Shown piece after piece: positions 8,691 to 16,300 of a stretch of DNA of 64,000 bases. Position 1 is the first letter of the stretch, and the number at the start of each line of letters is the position of its first letter. The position numbers were made by a program, and so were the translations under genes. The DNA comes from Gemmatimonadales bacterium. GTDB taxonomy: Bacteria; Gemmatimonadota; Gemmatimonadetes; Gemmatimonadales; GWC2-71-9. The DNA lies in the NCBI GenBank assembly GCA_035491895.1, contig DATJJY010000045.1, forward strand, positions 7,673 through 71,672. The letters are read 5' to 3'. Under the pieces are notes generated by a model that worked only from the letters and a program-made list of their open reading frames with translations, searched no databases and was not told where the DNA came from.

Positions 8691-9580
8691 TGTGCCACCA
8701 GCACGTTCAGACACCCCGGCTCCACCGTCACGGTGCACTCCCGCGTCTCCGGCGTGCGCAGCTCTCCATCGAGATGCAACAGCAACGGCGCCTCCGGCGA
8801 ACGGATCGTGAGCGAGCGCGTGCGAACTATCGTCACTTCTTTCATTCCGCCGTGCGTTCCTCGCATCACACGCGGCAGCGCGGCGAGGAACCGCGGCAAA
8901 CCGATCTTCCGAATGATACAGATGTCGAGCAGGCCGTCCGCAGGGTCGGCGCCCGGAGCGAACCGGTAGCTGCCCCCCGCGGTCGTCCCGTTGCACACCT
9001 CGACCATCATCATGTTCCCCTGCTCGCCGTGCGAGTCGGTGCGGACCTCGAGCAGCGGCGGCCGGAAGCCGGCAAAGGTCCGCAGCACCGGCACCAGGTA
9101 AGAGAGAAACCCCTGCAACCCCGGCATCGCGTTGCGGGTCCGGACGACGGCGGGCCCGAAGCCGAATCCCAGCGTGTTCACGAAGTACTCGCCCAGCACC
9201 TTCCCCGCATCGAAGCGGCGCGGTTGGGCGGCGACGAGACGCGTCACCGCGCGGTCGACGTCGTGGCGGTACACGCCCGTGAGCTTGGCGAAGTCGTTCC
9301 CGGTGCCGAGCGGCACGACGCCGAGCGGCGCACTCGAGCCCGCCGCCAGGAGTCCGTTCGCCACCTCGTGTACCGCTCCGTCCCCGCCCACGGCGATAAT
9401 CCGCCGCGCGCCGTCCTGAACGGCCCGAGCGGCCAGCTCGGTGGCCTGCCCCGGCCGCTCGGTCTCGACCAGCTCGACCGTCCAACCGCCGCGGCGAAAC
9501 GCCCGCACGAGCGGCTCGCGCGCCCGCCGCGCGGCGCCGCCCCCGGCGGCAGGGTTGAGAATGACGTGAGCATCCGGCAC
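8687..9580 (-). CDS. Diacylglycerol-kinase-family lipid kinase (YegS/BmrU-like)
   Basis: VILNPAAGGG, a GGDGAVHEVANGL nucleotide-binding motif, PLGTGNDFA, and a C-terminal LHLDGE. Confidence 0.8.
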   Translation of the reverse strand: MPDAHVILNPAAGGGAARRAREPLVRAFRRGGWTVELVETERPGQATELAARAVQDGARRIIAVGGDGAVHEVANGLLAAGSSAPLGVVPLGTGNDFAKLTGVYRHDVDRAVTRLVAAQPRRFDAGKVLGEYFVNTLGFGFGPAVVRTRNAMPGLQGFLSYLVPVLRTFAGFRPPLLEVRTDSHGEQGNMMMVEVCNGTTAGGSYRFAPGADPADGLLDICIIRKIGLPRFLAALPRVMRGTHGGMKEVTIVRTRSLTIRSPEAPLLLHLDGELRTPETRECTVTVEPGCLNVLVAQ

Positions 9581-9612
9581 GCTGGAGGGAACAACCTACT
9601 GCACCGACCCGA

Positions 9613-9969
9613 CTACTGCAGGTAATGCTCGTTCCAGGCGACTTCGAACTCCCATTTGCACGAGGGACAGGGCATGCGCTTCGTCCCCGCCGAAAGCGGG
9701 GCCCGCTCGGTGCAGCTGGGACAGACGGCGTATTCGCTCGTGAAGCCCGCCGGCGGCGTCCCGATCCAGCTGGCCCGTTGCTGGACGACCGTCCACTTCG
9801 CAGGCGGCCGCTTGACGAATTCGAGCATCGCCTTGGCGACCGCAACCGGTTTCTTGTTCACCTCGAGGGTGGCATGCAGGTCATCTTGTTTCAGGACACG
9901 GTACCACGCGCCGCGCCGGATGTGCAGGTTCACGTTCTCGCACAAGCGGGCGTACAGGGGCTCAGGCAC
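9613..9969 (-). CDS. Hypothetical zinc-ribbon protein, paralogue B
   Basis: 118 aa: MPEPLYARLCENVNLHIRRGAWYRV... with a C-terminal CPSC-x15-CPSCKWEFEVAW. It is clearly paralogous to the adjacent CDS. Confidence 0.6.
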   Translation of the reverse strand: MPEPLYARLCENVNLHIRRGAWYRVLKQDDLHATLEVNKKPVAVAKAMLEFVKRPPAKWTVVQQRASWIGTPPAGFTSEYAVCPSCTERAPLSAGTKRMPCPSCKWEFEVAWNEHYLQ

Positions 9970-9984
9970 GTCGGAGTCCTCGCG

Positions 9985-10341
9985 TCAGGTCAGATACGCT
10001 TCGTCCCAGGCGACCTCGAATTCGAACTTGCAATAGGCGCACCGCAGGCGGCGCATCCGGGTCGGCAGGGCGGCCCGCTCGCTGCAGCTCGGGCACACGC
10101 CGTAGCGCTCGGTGAAGTTGCGCGGTGACTTCTTCGCGTCCTCGGGACGCTGCGTCACGACGGTCCAGCGCGGCGGCGGGCGCTTGACGATTTCGAGGAA
10201 CGCCGCGGCCACGACCACGTTGCGGCCGTTCACCTCGAGCATCGCCTTGAGGCCTTCGACACGAACGACCTTGTACCACGCGCCGCGGCGCAACCGCACG
10301 TTGATGTTCTCGCGGAGCCTGGCGTAGAGGCGTTCGGGCAT
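9985..10341 (-). CDS. Hypothetical zinc-ribbon protein, paralogue A
   Basis: MPERLYARLRENINVRLRRGAWYKV... with CPSC-x14-CAYCKFEFEVAW. The start was taken at the second Met (10341) by alignment with paralogue B. Confidence 0.6.
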   Translation of the reverse strand: MPERLYARLRENINVRLRRGAWYKVVRVEGLKAMLEVNGRNVVVAAAFLEIVKRPPPRWTVVTQRPEDAKKSPRNFTERYGVCPSCSERAALPTRMRRLRCAYCKFEFEVAWDEAYLT

Positions 10342-10367
10342 GGCGGCTGGGACCAATTATGGGGAAA

Positions 10368-10398
10368 CGGCGTCGAGCGTCAAATTCTCGAGACGCCG
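10368..10398 (-). terminator. Possible hairpin just 3' of the tRNA
   Basis: CGGCGTC(GAG) at 10368-10377 pairs with (CTCga)GACGCCG at 10387-10398, giving a 7+3 bp stem. On the minus strand it is followed only by a weak GTTTCCCC. Confidence 0.3.
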
Positions 10399-10401
10399 GT
10401 G

Positions 10402-10495
10402 TGGCGGGAGCGTGTAGGAATCGAACCTACCGAAGCCCTTGCGAACCCCAGCTGGTTTTGAAGACCAGTCAGACCACCAGGCCCAATCCGCTCCC
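10402..10495 (-). tRNA. selC: tRNA-Sec (anticodon UCA)
   Basis: 94 nt: GGGAGCGGATTGGGCCTGGTGGTCTGACTGGTCTTCAAAACCAGCTGGGGTTCGCAAGGGCTTCGGTAGGTTCGATTCCTACACGCTCCCGCCA. Hand fold: 7 bp plus G:A in an 8-position acceptor, and a 6-bp D stem (UGGGCC/GGUCUG with G-U pairs) with a 4-nt loop. The anticodon arm is CUGGU-CU[UCA]AA-ACCAG. The variable arm is 7 bp with a GCAA tetraloop, the T stem is 5 bp, and the 3' end is GCCA. Confidence 0.85.
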
Positions 10496-10774
10496 TCGCG
10501 CCACCCGCAAGCCGCTGAGAATCTCACTAGCTGCCCCGCTCCTCCGCCATATGTGAAGGCGGGCGAGCGCGCTTGCGGAACGGTCGTGCGAGGATCCGAC
10601 AGTCTTTAGTTAATGACCGGTTTTCGGCGGTGCGCTGCCGCACACTTGCACCGCGACTTGTGGCCTGGACGCCACGCTTTCCGGTCCTGCCCGGCGGTCG
10701 TCAGGCGGAATATCAGTAACGCAAAATGGCCCAATTGTTGCAGTTACGCCTTGCGACCCCTAGGAGAATTGCGG

Positions 10775-13291
10775 ATGCGCCCGGTCCAACACCGGCTCCT
10801 GTGCCAGGCGGTTGCCGTGACCCTGGCCCTCGGTTTCGTCGCTTGCACCGACACCAACGATCCCCTGCGCCCCGGCGTGCAGGCGTTGTATACGACACCC
10901 ACCGGTCTCCTCACCGCCAATCCGCCGCAGATCTTCGTCGGCGCCGGCGACATTTCGAGCTGCAGCAACAGCGGCGACGAGGCGACCGCCAAACTGCTCG
11001 ACGCGATCCCCAGTCCGGCGACGGTCTACAACATCGGCGACGACGCCTACGACAACGGCTCGTCGTCCGAGTTCAACAACTGCTATAACCCGACGTGGGG
11101 CCGGCACAAGTCCCGCACCAAGCCCACCCCGGGAAATCACGAGTACAACTCTAACGGGGCAGCTCCGTACTACGCCTACTTCGGGGCCGCGGCAGGTCCT
11201 TCCGGGCGGGGCTACTACAGCTTCGATCTGGGCGCCTGGCACATCCTCTCGCTCAACAGCAACGTCTCGTCGTCGTCCGGCTCGGCGCAGGATACCTGGC
11301 TCCGGGCCGATCTCGCCGCGCACCCGAACCAGTGCATCCTGGCGTACTACCATCACCCGCTGTACTCCTCGACGGCCACCTACACCAGCGTCCGGGGGCT
11401 CGTGAACGCCCTGTACGCCTACCACGCGGACCTGATCCTGAACGGGCACCGGCATTTCTATGAACGGCTGAAGCCGATGGATCCGACCGGCAAGTCCGAC
11501 CCGACGAACGGTGTCCGTGAGATCATCGCGGGGATGGGTGGAATTGGCAGTGGCAGCCCCAACTCCAGCTATTCCCTCAGTGAGGCGAGCAACGGCAACA
11601 CTTTTGGTGTACTGAAGCTCTACCTCTACGACGACAGCTACGCGTGGAAGTTCGTTCCCGTCGCGGGGAAGACGTACACCGATTCGGGAAGCACCGCCTG
11701 CCACTCGTCTGGTGGCGGCGGGGGTGGCGGGGGTGGCGGGGTGTCGGCGTCGAACTCGACGGTCTCGGCCAATCCGACGTCCTTCACCGCGGGCAGCGGC
11801 TCGTCCACGATCACCGTGACGGCGAAGGACGGCAACGGCAATACGATCAGCGGCGCCAGCGTGACGGTCACATCGTCCGGGACCGGGAACACCCTCTCCC
11901 CGGCTTCCGGCTCGACCAACTCCAGCGGCGTGTTCACGAGCGCGCTTACTTCGACCGTGGCGGCGACGAAGACCGTGTCCGCCACCATCAACGGCACCGC
12001 GATCACACAGACGGCCACCGTCACCGTGAATCCCGCGTCGAGCGTGTCGGCCTCGTTGTCCACCGTCGGGGCGTCGCCGACGTCGTTCACCGCGGGTGGG
12101 AACAGCACCATCACCGTCACCGTCAAGGACGGGAGCGGGAACCCGCTGAGCGGGATCCCGGTGACTCTCTCGGCCACCGGAGCCGGCAACAGCTTCACCC
12201 AGCCAGCGGCCACGAACGGGAGCGGCGTCACGACGGGGACGTTCGGCTCCACCGGCGCGGGCTCGCATACGGTGACGGCCGTCGCCGGCGGCGTGACGCT
12301 GAATCAGCAACCGGTCGTGTCGGTGAGCGCCGGATCGGCAAACGCAGGAAACTCCAGCGTGACCGCCCAGCCGACAGCGATCGCCGTGGGGACTGGCTCG
12401 TCGACGATTACCGTGACGGTCAAGGATCAGTTCGGGAATCCCATGAGCGGCTCGAACGTGGTGCTCGCGGCATCCGGCTCCGGGAATACGCTCACGGGGG
12501 GCGGCGCGACGAACGCCAGCGGAGTCGCGACGGGCACCCTCAGCTCGACCGTCATGGAGACGAAGGTCGTCTCGGCCACCGCCGACGGCGTCGCCATCTC
12601 GCAGACTGCGTCGGTGTCGGTCACGAACCAACCGCCGCCCGGAATCACCCAGACGCTGCTCACCTCGGGCCACGACCCGACCAACACGTCGACCTTCACT
12701 ACGGCGTCCATCACGCCGGCGGCCAACGCCCTCGTGACCGTCGCGGTATTGACGCACCAGTCGTCGTCGGCCGCGCCGAACCCGACGTTGACCGGCGGCG
12801 GGATGGCGAGCTGGACGGTCGTGGCCAGCGTCGCCTACGATGGCGCCACGCCGCTCGATCGCCTGACCATCTACCGGGCGATGAGCGCCGCCCCCGGCAG
12901 CGGGCCGATCACGATCACCACGAGCGTCACGGTCTCCAATTGTCAGTGGATCGTGTCGCAGTGGAGCGGTGTCGACCAATCAGGGACGAACGGCTCGGGC
13001 GCTATCGTGCAGACGGCCTCCGCATCCGGCGCCGCGGTGACGACCCTGACAGCCGCGCTCGCGTCCTTCGCGAGCGGCAATGATGTAGCGTATGGTGCGT
13101 TCGGAGTGGCGAACGCTACGGCGGTCGTGACGGCCGGGAGCGGGTTCACCACGATCGATCAGCAGCCGTCCGGAGAAGGCTCGGTCGGCGATCTCTTCGC
13201 GGAATGGGCCGTGAACACTCCCGCCGTGAATGCGACCTGGCCCAGCAAGCCCGCGGGCGCCCTGGGCGTCGAGATCAAGGCTGGTCCCTGA
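10775..13291 (+). CDS. Giant lipoprotein: calcineurin-like metallophosphoesterase + poly-Gly + 3 Ig-like (Big-type) repeats + unassigned C-terminal module
   Basis: Start ATG 10775 follows AGGAGA (10762-10767), not 10613. Lipobox LALGFVAC|TD. Motifs GDISSCS, GDDAYDNG, GNHEY, HHPLYSS and GHRHFYER. About 10 Gly codons at 11711-11740. Three ~97-aa repeats, then the 215-aa tail. Confidence 0.85.
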   Translation: MRPVQHRLLCQAVAVTLALGFVACTDTNDPLRPGVQALYTTPTGLLTANPPQIFVGAGDISSCSNSGDEATAKLLDAIPSPATVYNIGDDAYDNGSSSEFNNCYNPTWGRHKSRTKPTPGNHEYNSNGAAPYYAYFGAAAGPSGRGYYSFDLGAWHILSLNSNVSSSSGSAQDTWLRADLAAHPNQCILAYYHHPLYSSTATYTSVRGLVNALYAYHADLILNGHRHFYERLKPMDPTGKSDPTNGVREIIAGMGGIGSGSPNSSYSLSEASNGNTFGVLKLYLYDDSYAWKFVPVAGKTYTDSGSTACHSSGGGGGGGGGGVSASNSTVSANPTSFTAGSGSSTITVTAKDGNGNTISGASVTVTSSGTGNTLSPASGSTNSSGVFTSALTSTVAATKTVSATINGTAITQTATVTVNPASSVSASLSTVGASPTSFTAGGNSTITVTVKDGSGNPLSGIPVTLSATGAGNSFTQPAATNGSGVTTGTFGSTGAGSHTVTAVAGGVTLNQQPVVSVSAGSANAGNSSVTAQPTAIAVGTGSSTITVTVKDQFGNPMSGSNVVLAASGSGNTLTGGGATNASGVATGTLSSTVMETKVVSATADGVAISQTASVSVTNQPPPGITQTLLTSGHDPTNTSTFTTASITPAANALVTVAVLTHQSSSAAPNPTLTGGGMASWTVVASVAYDGATPLDRLTIYRAMSAAPGSGPITITTSVTVSNCQWIVSQWSGVDQSGTNGSGAIVQTASASGAAVTTLTAALASFASGNDVAYGAFGVANATAVVTAGSGFTTIDQQPSGEGSVGDLFAEWAVNTPAVNATWPSKPAGALGVEIKAGP
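11741..12643 (+). repeat. Three in-frame ~290-nt coding repeats (bacterial Ig-like domains) in lipoprotein 1
   Basis: The protein pattern S(T/S)VxAxPTxxxAGxxSTITVTVKDxxGNPxSGxxVxLxAxGxGN...GVxTGTxxSTxxxxKxVxAxxxGVxIxQxxxVSV recurs three times. Confidence 0.8.
12621..13291 (+). repeat. 671-nt direct repeat, copy 1 (3' end of lipoprotein 1), colinear with 16456-17126
   Basis: Both copies are exactly 671 nt from TCACGAACCAACCGCCGCCCGGAATCACCCAGACG to GGTCCCTGA, with only scattered substitutions by eye (roughly 90% or better, not counted). Confidence 0.85.
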
Positions 13292-13310
13292 CCCCTAGGA
13301 GAAACAACGG

Positions 13311-16300
13311 ATGAGCCCGGTCCAAAACCGCCTTCTGTGCCAGACGGTTGCCGTGACCCTGGCCCTCGGTTTCGTCGCCTGTACCGATACCAACGATCCC
13401 CTCCGCCCCGGCGTGCAGGCGTTGTACACCACACCCACCGGTCTCCTCACCGCCAATCCGCCGCAGATCTTCGTCGGCGCGGGCGACATTTCGAGCTGTA
13501 GCAACACCGGCGACGAGGCCACCGCCAAACTGCTCGACGCGATCCCCGATCCGGCGACGGTCTACAACATTGGGGACGACGCCTACAACAACGGCACCAC
13601 CGCCGAATTCGCCTGTTACAACTCGACGTGGGGGCGCCACAAGTATCGCACCCAACCCACCTCGGGCAATCACGAGTACAACTCCTCAGGCGCCGCCGGC
13701 TACTTCCAGTACTTCGGCGCCGCTGCTCATCCATCGAGCGTTTCGGACTCGGCCGGTTTCTATAGCTTCAATCTGGGCGCCTGGCACATCATCTCGCTCA
13801 ACAGCGACATCACGCGATCGGCGGGCTCCAAGCAAGACAAGTGGCTGGCGGCCGACTTGGCGGCACACCCGAATCAATGCACGCTCGCCTACTGGCATCA
13901 CCCGCTCTACTCCTCCACCGGCGGGACCGGCTCGGGGGGCGTGAGCCTCACGTCGATGCGGCCGTTCTGGGACCGGTTGTACGCGGCGCATGCTGACCTC
14001 GTTCTGAACGGGCACCGCCATTTCTACGAGCGGATGGCGTTGATGAAGCCCGACGGCAGCGCCGATCCGACCAACGGCATCCGGGAAATCATCGCGGGTT
14101 CGGGGGGCATCGGCGGCGGCAGCGAGACGAATCTCTTCCCGCTGCATCAGACCGGCGACGGCAGCACGTTCGGCGTGCTGAAGCTGTACCTGTACGACGA
14201 CAGCTACGCCTGGAAATTCATCCCCGTCGCTGGGAAGACCTACACCGACTCGGGGAGCACCGCCTGCCACTCCTCCGGCGGCGGTGGTGGCCCTGGCCCC
14301 GTCTCGGCGACGAACTCTACGGTCTCGGCCAATCCGACATCGTTCACCGTCGGGAGCGGCTCGTCCACGATCACGGTCACCGCCAAGGACGCCAACGGCA
14401 ACACGCTGAGCGGCTCGAACGTCGTCCTGGCGTCGACGGGGAGCGGCAACACCTTCACCCCGGCCTCGGGCACCACCAACGGCAGCGGCGTCTTCACGAG
14501 CACGTTCACGTCGAGCGTCGCCGAAGGCAAGACGATTTCGGCGAACATCGACGGCACCGCGATCACCCAGACGGCGTCCGTCACCGTCAACTCTTCGGGA
14601 GGCGGGGGCGGCGGCACGATCACCCAGACGCTCCTGACTTCGGGCGGCAACGGCGTCAATCAGAGCGTCTACACGACGGCCTCGATCTCTCCCGCGGCGA
14701 ACGCCCTCGTCACCGTTGCCATCCGGATGCGGCGCTCGAGCGGCGCCCTGACCCCGACGGTTACGGGCGGCGGCATGTCGAGCTGGACGCAGGTGGCGAG
14801 CCTCGACTACGACCCGCTGTCGACCCCGACCTCCCGGCTCCTGGTGTTCCGCGCAATGAGCGGGGCGCCCGGCAGCGGGCCGGTCACCATCACGTTCTCG
14901 AGCAGTATCTCGAACGTGGAGTGGAGTGTCTCCCAGTGGACCGGGGTCGACCAGACGGGAACGAACGGCTCGGGGGCCATCGGACAGACCGGATCCATCG
15001 GCGCCGATGCCACCACGTCGCTCTCCAAGGCGCTGGCGGCGTTCGGCAACGCCAACAACGTCGGCTTCGGCGTCGTCGGTGCGAGCACGGCGGCCCCCGC
15101 CGTAACGCCCGGCAGCGGTCTCACCGAGATCTCGGAGCCGACCTCGGGTGAATCGACGCTGCTCGAGACCGAGCAGGGCGTGAATGTGAGCACGGTCGCG
15201 GCCACCCTCAGCAAGTCGGCCAACGCCGGCCTGCTCGCCATCGAGATCAAAGCAGGCGCGGGCGGCGGGCCCGCGGTCTCCGCAGCCAATTCGACCGTCG
15301 GGGCCAGCTCGCCCATTACAGCCGGTGGGAGCCCGTCGACAATCACGGTGACAGCGCGGGACGGCAGCAACAATCCCATCAGCGGCGCCACCGTCGTCCT
15401 TGCGGCCACCGGCTCCGGTAATACCCTCACCCAGCCGTCCGCCACCACCAACGGCAGCGGCGTCGCGACCGGGACGCTGGCATCGACCGTGGCCGAGGAC
15501 AAGACGATTTCGGCCACGATCAACGGCGTCGCGATCACCCAGACCGCCACGGTGACCGTCAGTCCTGGAGCCGTGTCGGCCTCCACTTCCACGGTCGGAG
15601 CGACCTCGCCGATTACCGCCGGGAGCGGCACGTCGACGATCACCGTCACGGCAAAGGACGCGAACAACAACCTGATCAGCGGTGCCACCGTCGTCCTAGC
15701 CGCTACAGGAACGGGAAACACGCTGACCCAGCCGTCTGGCACGACGGTGAACGGCGTCGCGACGGGTTCCCTCGCCTCGACCGATGCGGAAACCAAGACC
15801 GTCTCGGCGACGATCAACGGCACGTCGATCACGCAGACGGCATCGGTCGTCGTCAACCCGGCGGGCCCCGCAGTTTCCGCTGCGAATTCAACCGTCGGTG
15901 CAACGTCGCCGATCACGGCGGGCAGCGGCACCTCGACGATCACGGTCACCGTCATGGACGGCAGCAACAATCCGCTGAGCGGCGTCTCCGTGACCCTTTC
16001 GGCGACCGGCATCGGAAACACGATCACCCAGCCTGCGGCAGCGACGGATGTCAACGGCGTGACGACCGGCTCTTTGAGCTCGACGGCGGCCGGGACCAAG
16101 ACCATCACCGCGGTGGCCGGCGGCGTCACGCTCACTCAGCAGGCCGTCGTGACGGTGACCGCGGGACCGGCTGACGCCGGTCAGTCGACCGTCGCGGCGG
16201 CGCCGGCGTCGATCCTCGTCAACACGGGATCGTCCACCATCACCGTTACCGTGAAGGACGCCTTCGGCAATCCGGTGAGCGGCTCGACGGTCCTCGTAGC

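Noticed and set aside
9581-9612. A direct repeat CTACTGCA...CTACTGCAGG between zinc-ribbon paralogue B and the lipid kinase gene.
   Set aside because: It is only 8 nt repeated once, within a 32-nt spacer. It is compatible with chance or a minor hairpin, and no further copies were noticed.
10402-10495. Alternative reading of the long-arm tRNA as tRNA-Ser or tRNA-Leu.
   Set aside because: The only 5-bp stem/7-nt loop placement gives the anticodon UCA, flanked by U33 and A37-like purines. The 6-bp D stem with a 4-nt loop and the extra acceptor position do not fit type II Ser or Leu tRNAs.
10613-10774. An upstream start (10613) for lipoprotein 1, as given in the ORF track.
   Set aside because: The extension (MTGFRRCAAAHLHRDLWPG...) has no signal-peptide character. 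The paralogue starts at the equivalent of 10775, and an AGGAGA RBS conserved in both copies sits 8 nt before 10775.
11711-11741. The G-rich (GGN)x10 tract as a phase-variation homopolymer or G-quadruplex switch.
   Set aside because: No mononucleotide run longer than 5 is present. The tract is in frame and encodes a Gly hinge. The paralogue has a shorter equivalent. Slippage in 3-nt steps would only change hinge length. A G4 cannot be judged by eye.
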